Source of the DNA: a virus | Length of the DNA: 64,000 bases | Reading direction: 5' to 3' (one strand) | IMG/VR virus record: IMGVR_UViG_3300010224_000010 | Part shown: in pieces, positions 57,767 to 64,000 of the stretch | Layout: each line of letters opens with the position of its first letter | How positions within the stretch are numbered: position 1 is the first letter of the stretch | Notes under the pieces: model-generated | Database searches by the model: none | What the model was told of the DNA's origin: nothing | Seen by the model: the letters and a program-made list of their open reading frames with translations, nothing else | Position numbers and translations under genes: made by a program

Positions 57767-57939
57767 CGCACCGCCCCTACCCGCGCCGAGACCGCGCCCT
57801 GCACCAGGTCGACCGGCACGCCTACGAGCGCCGGCCCCAGGACAGCCCAGCCGATCAACTGCGAGCGACGATCTACCGGGCCTATGGCCTGCCCCCACGG
57901 CTACTCGGAATCCCCCCGACCACCACGCCCACCGCATGA
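57763..57939 (+). CDS. hypothetical small protein coupled to the RHH gene (58 aa)
   Basis: ATGA overlap with the RHH stop. MTHRPYPRRDRALHQVDRHAYERR... Confidence 0.4.
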   Translation: MTHRPYPRRDRALHQVDRHAYERRPQDSPADQLRATIYRAYGLPPRLLGIPPTTTPTA

Positions 57940-57942
57940 CGA

Positions 57943-57971
57943 AGGCCCCGCCCGAACCCGGAGCGGGGCCT
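57943..57971. terminator. bidirectional hairpin between convergent genes
   Basis: AGGCCCCGC/GCGGGGCCT stem. Confidence 0.55.
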
Positions 57972-57984
57972 CTTCACACCCGAC

Positions 57985-58338
57985 CTACGGCACCGGCAAC
58001 GCTGTACACGACGGGTCGTCCAAGCACTCCCGCGCCGCGTCCTGGTTCTCCTGATTCCGCTGCATCATCCCATCCCAGTACGCCCCGTACTGATCACCCT
58101 CCGGCACCCCCGCGCACTCGGTCGGCGCGTCCAACTCCTGATCGGCGTCCGCGTTGTCGTGCAGCACCACGGCCCACGCAGCGACGCAGGCCTTCCGCTG
58201 CTCGGCCGCCGACAGGGCGGGCGTCTTCGTGACCGTGAGGGTCGGCGCCGGGGACGGCTTGCCCCCGTCGCTGGAACTGGAACAGCCAGCTAGCGCGAGC
58301 ACAGCGGCGGCGACGATGGTGGTGTAGCGAATACGCAT
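57985..58338 (-). CDS. lipoprotein
   Basis: Signal peptide with lipobox AVLALAGC|SSS. GGGGGGA RBS. Four further Cys. Confidence 0.7.
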   Translation of the reverse strand: MRIRYTTIVAAAVLALAGCSSSSDGGKPSPAPTLTVTKTPALSAAEQRKACVAAWAVVLHDNADADQELDAPTECAGVPEGDQYGAYWDGMMQRNQENQDAARECLDDPSCTALPVP

Positions 58339-58415
58339 GGTCCCCCCTGGAAGGTGGCGCACAGGGGGCATGATGCCTGCCGTACGCCGTCTGGTTCCGG
58401 ACAGCATGTCGAGTC

Positions 58416-58994
58416 TCACGGCGATGCGGCGGCACTCGCCGCAAGCTCCTTCTCCACCTCGTCGATCGCCGCCTGCATCTCCCCGTCCGACAGATCCCCG
58501 CACGCCGCGTACCCGGCCGTACCGTCGATCGACGACGAATCGTCCTGAAGCTCCCCGGCAATCCACTCCCGGCACTGAGCCGAGACGCCAGACGATGGCG
58601 TGGGCAGTGCGGACTTCACCCCGTCCTCGAAGGCCTTCCCCAGATCCTTGTCCGCCTGGTCGCTGTCCAGGTACTCGCCGATCACCTCGCCCGTGATCTT
58701 CTTCAGCGTCTTCGTGTCCAGCCCGCGGCACTCCGCCGGCCGGGGCTGCTCCGGTCCTTTGGCGCCGTCAGTCATGGCCTTGCGGTAGTTGTGGGCGAGG
58801 GCCGTCTTGCACGCGGCCGGGTCCCCGTCGTCCCCTGTCGCGAGGACCGCACCCCAGCCGACCGCCACCCCCAGCACGGGCAGCGCCACGACCCAGATCA
58901 GGATCCGGCCCCACCGACGGCGCGGTGGTTGCGGGGGTGGTGGTGTCCACCCAGGCCCGGGCTGCGGCGGATACGACGGCGGCGGCTGGTTCAT
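58416..58994 (-). CDS. Pro-rich N-terminus, single-TM membrane protein
   Basis: MNQPPPSYPPQPGPGW..., TM ILIWVVALPVLGVAVGWGAVLA. Same GGGGGGACC-ATG context as the lipoprotein gene. Confidence 0.6.
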   Translation of the reverse strand: MNQPPPSYPPQPGPGWTPPPPQPPRRRWGRILIWVVALPVLGVAVGWGAVLATGDDGDPAACKTALAHNYRKAMTDGAKGPEQPRPAECRGLDTKTLKKITGEVIGEYLDSDQADKDLGKAFEDGVKSALPTPSSGVSAQCREWIAGELQDDSSSIDGTAGYAACGDLSDGEMQAAIDEVEKELAASAAASP

Positions 58995-59154
58995 GGTCCC
59001 CCCAAGGGCGTGACAGTGGGGGCGGATCGTAGCCGCCGGGACCGACAGCCCGGGCCGGAACATGGCGAGGCCCCCGCCGACGGGGGTGGCAGCGGGGGCC
59101 TCAACCAGGGGCGGCCGGGCAGTACCCGGCGCGCCCCTCCAGTGTGGCAGGCGG

Positions 59155-59352
59155 TCAGCCGTCGTCCTCACCGAACGCGACCTCAACCTGCTTGATCTTC
59201 CCGCTCGTCGACAGCTCCGCACGGACCGGATTGTCGCCCCGCACGCCGGCCCGGCGCGCGGCCTCTACGAACTTGGCGAGCTCGTCGAAGGTCAGGTCTT
59301 TGTCTTCCCCGGTGAACTTGAATGCGGCAGGCATGGGCTCAGGATGACGCAC
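59155..59352 (-). CDS. hypothetical small protein
   Basis: 65-aa track ORF with an alternative ATG at 59334. Normal composition. Confidence 0.4.
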   Translation of the reverse strand: MRHPEPMPAAFKFTGEDKDLTFDELAKFVEAARRAGVRGDNPVRAELSTSGKIKQVEVAFGEDDG

Positions 59353-59400
59353 GAGGGCCCCACCGCGGGAGTCTGCGGCGGGGCCCGTTCACGCCGTGCG

Positions 59401-60003
59401 CTATCGGACGCGGTGCTGACGGCTGGTCTCGCTGCCGTCTTTCACGACCACCCCCGCGAGCCCGATCGCCTCGACGGTCGTACCCGTTGTTGGCGTTGGC
59501 GTTGTTGGCTCTGGCCTGCAAGAACAACCACCCTCGGAAGGGGTGGCCTCTACCGGGGGAGGGGCCGGAATGTCCTCCTGGTGGACGCCCGGGCCGTTCC
59601 CAGCAGGGGTGCGTACACCGGGGCGCACACGGATCTTCTCGGCCTTCAGCAGCTTGCGCACTGCCTTCGTGTCCTTCACGCCGAGCCGCCTTTGCAGCTG
59701 GGTCAGCAGCACGTGATTGCCATTGCGGCCAAGGTACTCCAGGGCCTCAACCACGTCCGGCTCCTCCTCCGCGTCGCCCTCAACGTCCTCGCCGCGCGCC
59801 TCGATCCAGCTGGCCACGCGCTGCCAGCCCCAGCAGGACAGGGCCCCGGCGACGAAGTAGGCGACGCACGGAAACGCGACGATGATCCCTGCCAGGCTGG
59901 CGACCACGACGATGGCGAGGATGGCCTTCGCTGTCCCCTCGCTCATCTGCCGCTCCTCCCCCGCCGCCTCGGCGTCCGCGGGCTCAGGCTCGTCGGCGCT
60001 CAT
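59401..60003 (-). CDS. membrane protein with winged-helix-like cytoplasmic domain
   Basis: Start MSADEPE at 60003 (ATGA overlap). Two TM segments, then HVLLTQLQRRLGVKDTKAVRKLLKAEKI. Confidence 0.55.
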   Translation of the reverse strand: MSADEPEPADAEAAGEERQMSEGTAKAILAIVVVASLAGIIVAFPCVAYFVAGALSCWGWQRVASWIEARGEDVEGDAEEEPDVVEALEYLGRNGNHVLLTQLQRRLGVKDTKAVRKLLKAEKIRVRPGVRTPAGNGPGVHQEDIPAPPPVEATPSEGGCSCRPEPTTPTPTTGTTVEAIGLAGVVVKDGSETSRQHRVR

Positions 60004-60506
60004 CCGAACGCCCCCGTGAAACCGAGGCCGGCCATGTTCGCGCCGGAGCCGAGCGGGATCGCCGCGACACCGGCCACGTTCCCGGAGAGGGCGATGAGGA
60101 TCCCGGCGAGGCAGCCGAGGAGGATCTTCGACTTCGACTGCTTCGGACCCCACTTGAGCAGGGCGATCAGCACGATCGTCAGCAGGAACACGATGACGTA
60201 CCCGCCGTCCGTGAGGGCCAGCTGGTGCGCGCGGGTGACGTCCGGGGCCCTGCCTCCGACACCCCAGACGAGGGCGGTGTATCCGGCGACGTTCCCGGCC
60301 CACAGGCCGACCCAGGTGACGGCGCCGAGCGCGGACACGGAGCCGAGCGCGGCGAGCGCGGCGAGCATCCCGTAGAGCAGCGCCAGGACGAAGGGTACGA
60401 GGGCGCCGAGCCGCTTCTTCTCCTTGAGTACCCAGCGCATCAGGAAGGCGAGGATGATCCCGACGCCGAGGGCTACGCCTCCGAGGTTGATGGCCATGTA
60501 CGGCAT
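60000..60506 (-). CDS. polytopic membrane protein
   Basis: 168 aa with ~5 hydrophobic helices. Confidence 0.6.
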   Translation of the reverse strand: MPYMAINLGGVALGVGIILAFLMRWVLKEKKRLGALVPFVLALLYGMLAALAALGSVSALGAVTWVGLWAGNVAGYTALVWGVGGRAPDVTRAHQLALTDGGYVIVFLLTIVLIALLKWGPKQSKSKILLGCLAGILIALSGNVAGVAAIPLGSGANMAGLGFTGAFG

Positions 60507-60507
60507 G

Positions 60508-60675
60508 TCAGTGACTCCAGATCGTGGCGACGTAGGCGACGGGCAGGGCGAGGAGGAGGACGGTGGTGGCGGCCGGCCCGAGGTAGAGGAGCGGGGCGCG
60601 GTGTGGGGCTATCGAGTGGAGGCCGACTGCGGCAAGGAGCGCGGCGATCGGCCAGAGGCAGGCGAGCGGGCTCAC
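60508..60675 (-). CDS. small membrane protein (55 aa)
   Basis: GTG overlaps the upstream stop (GTGA); its stop lies 1 nt before the next ATG. Two hydrophobic helices. Confidence 0.4.
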   Translation of the reverse strand: MSPLACLWPIAALLAAVGLHSIAPHRAPLLYLGPAATTVLLLALPVAYVATIWSH

Positions 60676-61823
60676 AGGTACTGCCCCGTTCCGTCTCCGA
60701 TGCGGTCCCTCGCGTCCTTGAGCCGCCGTCCCGCGGTGGCCGGGCTCACTCCGAGGAGCTGAGCCGCGGTGGTCTTGGTGAGCCGCTCCCCGGCCCTGAG
60801 CCGGGTGGCGAGCTCGGTGATCTGCCGCTCCTGGTCGACGGCCGGGCCGCCATCGGGCTCGCTCGTCTCAGCGGTCGGCTCAGGCGCCGGCTCGGGGCGG
60901 CTCACGCGGATCGGCTCAGCCGGGCTCAAGACCGGCTCACGTGAGACTCGCTGGTCAGGGCTGGGAGTCAGCGGTTGGACTGGGGCGGTCAGCTCGGCCT
61001 GCGGCTTGCTGCCGATGACAGTGAGCGCAGTGCGCGCCGTCTCCTCGAAGCCCACCGGCTCAGGCTCAGCGGGCTGCGGCTCACGGCTCACAGGAGGCTG
61101 AGCCGGAGGGAGTTCGGGGTGAGCCGGGGTGTGCTCGATGTCGAGGACGCCTGAGACAGGGCTCAGGGCCCGGCCGTAGCGGGTGAGCCGCAGCGCCATG
61201 ACGGCCGACACGGGGGCCTTGCTCCTCCAGCGTCGCCCGTACCGGGCACGCAGCCGAGCACGCTCGATGAGCCGGGACTGCTCCAGCTGGATCACCTGGT
61301 CGTAGGAGCGCAGCTCCCACAGCTTCATGCGCCGCCACAGGCGGAACGTTGAGATCGGGTCGAGGAGCCAGCGGGCCATGCGGACGGAGTCCATGTGGCG
61401 GCCGGCCGTGATGTCCGCGGTGCGGCCGATCGCGTGGCGGGCCGCCTCGACAACGACCACGAACAGGACGGGGATCACAGCGTGCATGCCGACACCCAGC
61501 GGATCCGGCCAGGCCGCCGCGCCGTTGAACGCGATGGTGGCCGCGGTGAGGCGCCATGCGGTGTGCCGAAGCATGGCGAGCGGCATGCGCAGCCAGGTGA
61601 GGAGGAGATCGAGGGCGAGGAGGACGAGGATGCCGGCGTCGATGCCGATGGGGAAGATCATGGCGAACGCGCCGAAGTGCTTGGCTTCGGCGAGGCGGCG
61701 GACGGCGGTGTAGGAGCCGAGGAAGCCGATGGCTGCGATCGCTGCGGCCCCGAAGGCGACGGCGATGATGAGTCGTCGTTGGAGGGGGCTGAGGTGGGGG
61801 CGGTCGCCCGCGGGGTTCGTCAC
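60672..61823 (-). CDS. DUF2637-like membrane protein with C-terminal HTH
   Basis: N-terminal 4-TM region with FPIGIDAGILVLLALDL, Pro/Glu-rich linker, C-terminal TTAAQLLGVSPATAGRRL. GGGAGGAG RBS. Confidence 0.6.
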   Translation of the reverse strand: MTNPAGDRPHLSPLQRRLIIAVAFGAAAIAAIGFLGSYTAVRRLAEAKHFGAFAMIFPIGIDAGILVLLALDLLLTWLRMPLAMLRHTAWRLTAATIAFNGAAAWPDPLGVGMHAVIPVLFVVVVEAARHAIGRTADITAGRHMDSVRMARWLLDPISTFRLWRRMKLWELRSYDQVIQLEQSRLIERARLRARYGRRWRSKAPVSAVMALRLTRYGRALSPVSGVLDIEHTPAHPELPPAQPPVSREPQPAEPEPVGFEETARTALTVIGSKPQAELTAPVQPLTPSPDQRVSREPVLSPAEPIRVSRPEPAPEPTAETSEPDGGPAVDQERQITELATRLRAGERLTKTTAAQLLGVSPATAGRRLKDARDRIGDGTGQYL

Positions 61824-61862
61824 GTGCTCCTCCCGGGAGCGGTCAGCGGCGGCGGTCTCGGG

Positions 61863-62048
61863 TCAGCTGGGGCGGGCGTTGTGGAGGTCGCCGTCGGTTG
61901 CGCCGGCCTGTTTGGCGGTGGTGACGGCGGTCCGGGCGGCATCGAGGGCGCCTTGGGCTTCGGTGGAACCGCGGCCGTAGTCGTTGATGGCCTGGGTGGC
62001 GACGTGGACGGCGTCGGCGGCGGCCTTGATTGCTTCGGGCTTGTTCAT
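61863..62048 (-). CDS. hypothetical small protein
   Basis: 61 aa. AAGGA RBS. Confidence 0.5.
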   Translation of the reverse strand: MNKPEAIKAAADAVHVATQAINDYGRGSTEAQGALDAARTAVTTAKQAGATDGDLHNARPS

Positions 62049-62065
62049 GCGGGTCCTTGGATGAG

Positions 62066-62099
62066 GGCCGCCCCCGAGTCGGGGGTCTCGGGGGCGGCC
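62066..62099 (-). terminator. hairpin
   Basis: 13-bp perfect stem GGCCGCCCCCGAG/CTCGGGGGCGGCC. Confidence 0.55.
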
Positions 62100-62114
62100 G
62101 GTCGGTGGGGCGGG

Positions 62115-62270
62115 TCAGTCGTCAGGGGTTTCGTCGACCGTCAGGTCCGGCACGTGCTTCCGGATGCGGTCGATGCGCTTCTCGGCGACGTCCGGGGCGT
62201 TGGTGGAGAACTCGTCGAGGAACTCGCCGTCCGGCCCTTCGACGCGGTAGCGGATCATGCCGATACCCAT
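62115..62270 (-). CDS. hypothetical small protein (51 aa)
   Basis: ATG after AAGGAG. MGIGMIRYRVEGPDGEFLDEF... Read directly from the sequence. Confidence 0.45.
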   Translation of the reverse strand: MGIGMIRYRVEGPDGEFLDEFSTNAPDVAEKRIDRIRKHVPDLTVDETPDD

Positions 62271-62294
62271 GGCGGGCTCCTTGTCGGGTGCGGG

Positions 62295-62504
62295 CTACCA
62301 GGTCCAGCTGGTGCTGCCGCGCTTGTCGCGCTTGCGGTCCTTGGCCTCCCAGCGCTGGCCCTGTCGGGCGGCCTTGGCGGCTTTGCTCTGGTGCTGTTCG
62401 CGGCGTTTGCGGGCGGCTTCGTCGGACGCGGACTCGCGGCCGGCGTATCTCGTGCGGGCGAGTTCGTGGTCGTTGCCGCCGAACAGCCAGGACAGTGCTC
62501 CCAT
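62295..62504 (-). CDS. hypothetical basic protein
   Basis: 69 aa, Lys/Arg-rich. 1-nt overlap with the upstream stop. Confidence 0.5.
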   Translation of the reverse strand: MGALSWLFGGNDHELARTRYAGRESASDEAARKRREQHQSKAAKAARQGQRWEAKDRKRDKRGSTSWTW

Positions 62505-62839
62505 CAGTGGTCACCGCCCTGGAACCAGCTGCCGCACTTGGAGCAGACGAGTTGGCTGCCTTGGGGCTGCATCGGTTTGCCGCAGCAGATGAGTCCACTC
62601 GTGAGGTCCACCGCCCGGAGCGTGGCCGCGTACTCGCGGCGCGTGCACTGGGGCGGGACTGGCGGGGCAACAGCCAGGGTCTGTACGGCGAGGCCGGACT
62701 CGCCGGGGGTGAACTGGCAGACCCTGCCGACGCGCGCGGCCTTGGCCATTGGGTCGTCGGGCCAGTTGGTGGAGAGGTCGTTGGCGACTGCGGTGAGGAT
62801 GCGGGTGACTTGATCGCCGGTGACCGGCTGCTCGCTCAT
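62504..62839 (-). CDS. hypothetical protein with C-terminal zinc ribbon
   Basis: LICCGKPM...LVCSKCGSWF. Confidence 0.55.
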   Translation of the reverse strand: MSEQPVTGDQVTRILTAVANDLSTNWPDDPMAKAARVGRVCQFTPGESGLAVQTLAVAPPVPPQCTRREYAATLRAVDLTSGLICCGKPMQPQGSQLVCSKCGSWFQGGDH

Positions 62840-63111
62840 GCCGCACCCGCCATCTCACGCAGCTCGTCGGCGTAGTGCGTGCGCGTCATGCCGTAGGCGA
62901 TAGGCAGCGCGGCGAGGAGCAGGCTGCGTACCGGGCCAGGCTCGGGGGTCAGGTCGTGGACGATGTCGATGACCTGGTTCTCGGTGACGAGGTCGTCTGG
63001 GCGGACGGTGGCGAGTTGGTCGGCGACGGCGAGTTCGAGGCGGTTGCGTTCGGCGCGCTGCTCGGGGGTCGCCTGGTAGGTGCGTTGGTCGTTACGATCG
63101 GCCACGGTCAT
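62836..63111 (-). CDS. hypothetical protein (first gene of a minus-strand operon)
   Basis: ATG 63111 after AGGAGAG. The upstream part of the track ORF is junk. Confidence 0.55.
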   Translation of the reverse strand: MTVADRNDQRTYQATPEQRAERNRLELAVADQLATVRPDDLVTENQVIDIVHDLTPEPGPVRSLLLAALPIAYGMTRTHYADELREMAGAA

Positions 63112-63137
63112 CTCTCCTGGTAGGCAGGGTGATGGCT

Positions 63138-63233
63138 GGCCCGGACGGGAGGTGCGAACTCCCGTCCGGGCCGTTCTCATTGGTGCGAGCAGCGCGGGCT
63201 GCCCAGTGCCGACTGTACGGGATATCCCGTACA
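63138..63233. promoter_or_regulatory. divergent control region: 14-bp-stem hairpin plus perfect 20-bp palindrome
   Basis: GGCCCGGACGGGAG/CTCCCGTCCGGGCC at 63138-63172. TGTACGGGATATCCCGTACA at 63214-63233. Confidence 0.55.
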
Positions 63234-63268
63234 CTGGCAACGCGGCCTGCCCACGGAAGGGACAGGGC

Positions 63269-63556
63269 ATGGAGGAGGAGGTGCAGCGCGTGCTGGACGC
63301 TCTCGCAGGTCTTGCCGAGATCGAAGATCCCAAGGCGCGTGCGCTCGCTGTGGCGAGGGTGCTGAAGGAGTGGCCCGAGCACAGCAAGGCGCTGCGCGAG
63401 GTTCGGCGGCAGGCGGTGCTGGAGCTACTGGCGCCTGAGGACGCCTCTGTGCGGAAGGTCGCGAAGGAGTTGGGCGTGTCGCCGACGACGATCCAAGATC
63501 TGACTGCGGGCTACTCGCGGTCGGGGAAGGACCGCGAGAAGAAGACTGAGGAGTGA
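63269..63556 (+). CDS. HTH DNA-binding regulator
   Basis: ATG after GGAAGGGA. C-terminal SVRKVAKELGVSPTTIQDL helix-turn-helix. Confidence 0.55.
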   Translation: MEEEVQRVLDALAGLAEIEDPKARALAVARVLKEWPEHSKALREVRRQAVLELLAPEDASVRKVAKELGVSPTTIQDLTAGYSRSGKDREKKTEE

Positions 63557-63601
63557 GCGGCGTGGATGATCCGTCCCGGCGCCTCTGACCCCGTGCATGC
63601 T

Positions 63602-63638
63602 GAAGCCCCTTCGACCACCGCCGAGTCGAAGGGGCTTC
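63602..63638 (+). terminator. intrinsic terminator-like hairpin
   Basis: 14-bp perfect stem GAAGCCCCTTCGAC/GTCGAAGGGGCTTC followed by GCGTTTGT. Confidence 0.65.
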
Positions 63639-63761
63639 GCGTTTGTAGCAGCGGGTCTGGGGTGCCAGAGCGGGAACCCCAGACCGCGATCGCAGCCTAC
63701 CCGGCGGCACTGACAGGCGGGCCCCCGCTCGGGGTAAGCGGGGGCCCGGTGCCGTGCATGA

Positions 63762-63974
63762 TCACCAGTCCGAGTCGTCCGGCGTGTATCCCGCGATCCA
63801 GAACCCGACGCGCTCGCGCACGGTCTGGACGCGTTCGCGGTACGCCCACCGCAGGCGCTGGTATCGAGACGGGCGCGGCACGGGTGGGGGCGGTTCCATG
63901 CCGGGCGGCAACGGCAGGCCGGCGTCCAGGATCTGTTGGGCGGAGACGGGCACAAGGTGCGCGATGCGCTTCAC
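63762..63974 (-). CDS. hypothetical protein
   Basis: 70-aa track ORF near the right edge, with a hairpin at 63719-63748 downstream. Confidence 0.4.
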   Translation of the reverse strand: MKRIAHLVPVSAQQILDAGLPLPPGMEPPPPVPRPSRYQRLRWAYRERVQTVRERVGFWIAGYTPDDSDW

Positions 63975-64000
63975 GGTGATCGGCTCGTCGGTGCCATCGT

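Larger units (their letters stand above)
1..64000. mobile_element. temperate siphovirus-type actinophage genome segment (non-integrated gene order; both window edges inside phage genes)
   Basis: Contiguous terS/terL, portal, MuF-protease, capsid, tape measure, tail, lysin/holin, cI/cro-like switch, serine integrase and replication/recombination genes. Strong third-position G/C bias. Confidence 0.9.

Noticed and set aside
1-64000. CRISPR arrays, rRNA genes, IS elements/transposases, reverse transcriptase (retron/DGR).
   Set aside because: No regularly spaced direct repeats with unique spacers were seen. No rRNA-like conserved stretches, DDE/tyrosine transposase motifs or YxDD reverse-transcriptase motifs appear in any credible ORF.

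Overview
This window is a very GC-rich, actinomycete (Streptomyces-like) temperate siphovirus-type phage genome. It appears in non-integrated gene order, and both window edges still lie inside phage genes. All calls rest on motif recognition by eye plus start/stop and RBS inspection; no searches or alignments were run.

Layout:
- 1-15142 (minus strand): tightly coupled early/replication operon. It encodes SLOG/DUF2493, an NDT-like protein, HNH, a DnaB-like helicase, DUF2303, WhiB, a C5 methylase, RuvC-like and DnaQ-like exonucleases, and a PD-(D/E)XK nuclease.
- 15146-15398: divergent cro-like/cI-like switch with repeated operators.
- 16388-17983: large serine integrase carrying an unusual Cys-rich insertion. 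A candidate attP lies just downstream.
- 18236-21882: host-like cargo island (XRE, Cys-rich pair, WhiJ-like XRE-TPR regulator, HAD hydrolase).
- 21904-51614 (minus strand): membrane/lysis genes, tail genes, tape measure, head genes, portal and terL.
- 52287-55976: a glycosylation/methylation cassette sitting between terS and terL.
- 57000-64000: small regulators, membrane/lipoprotein genes and a DUF2637 protein.

Most notable observations:
- A 2H-phosphoesterase domain fused to the MuF/protease head polyprotein.
- The terS-terL glycosylation cassette with a coupled Cys-rich peptide.
- A conserved 35-nt promoter-like motif (three full copies plus one partial copy), two copies of which are placed for leaderless starts.
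- An aberrant class II tRNA-like element.
- An iteron-like GGGAACGT array inside the helicase gene.
- Five free-standing HNH/EndoVII nucleases, one of them antisense inside the tail operon.
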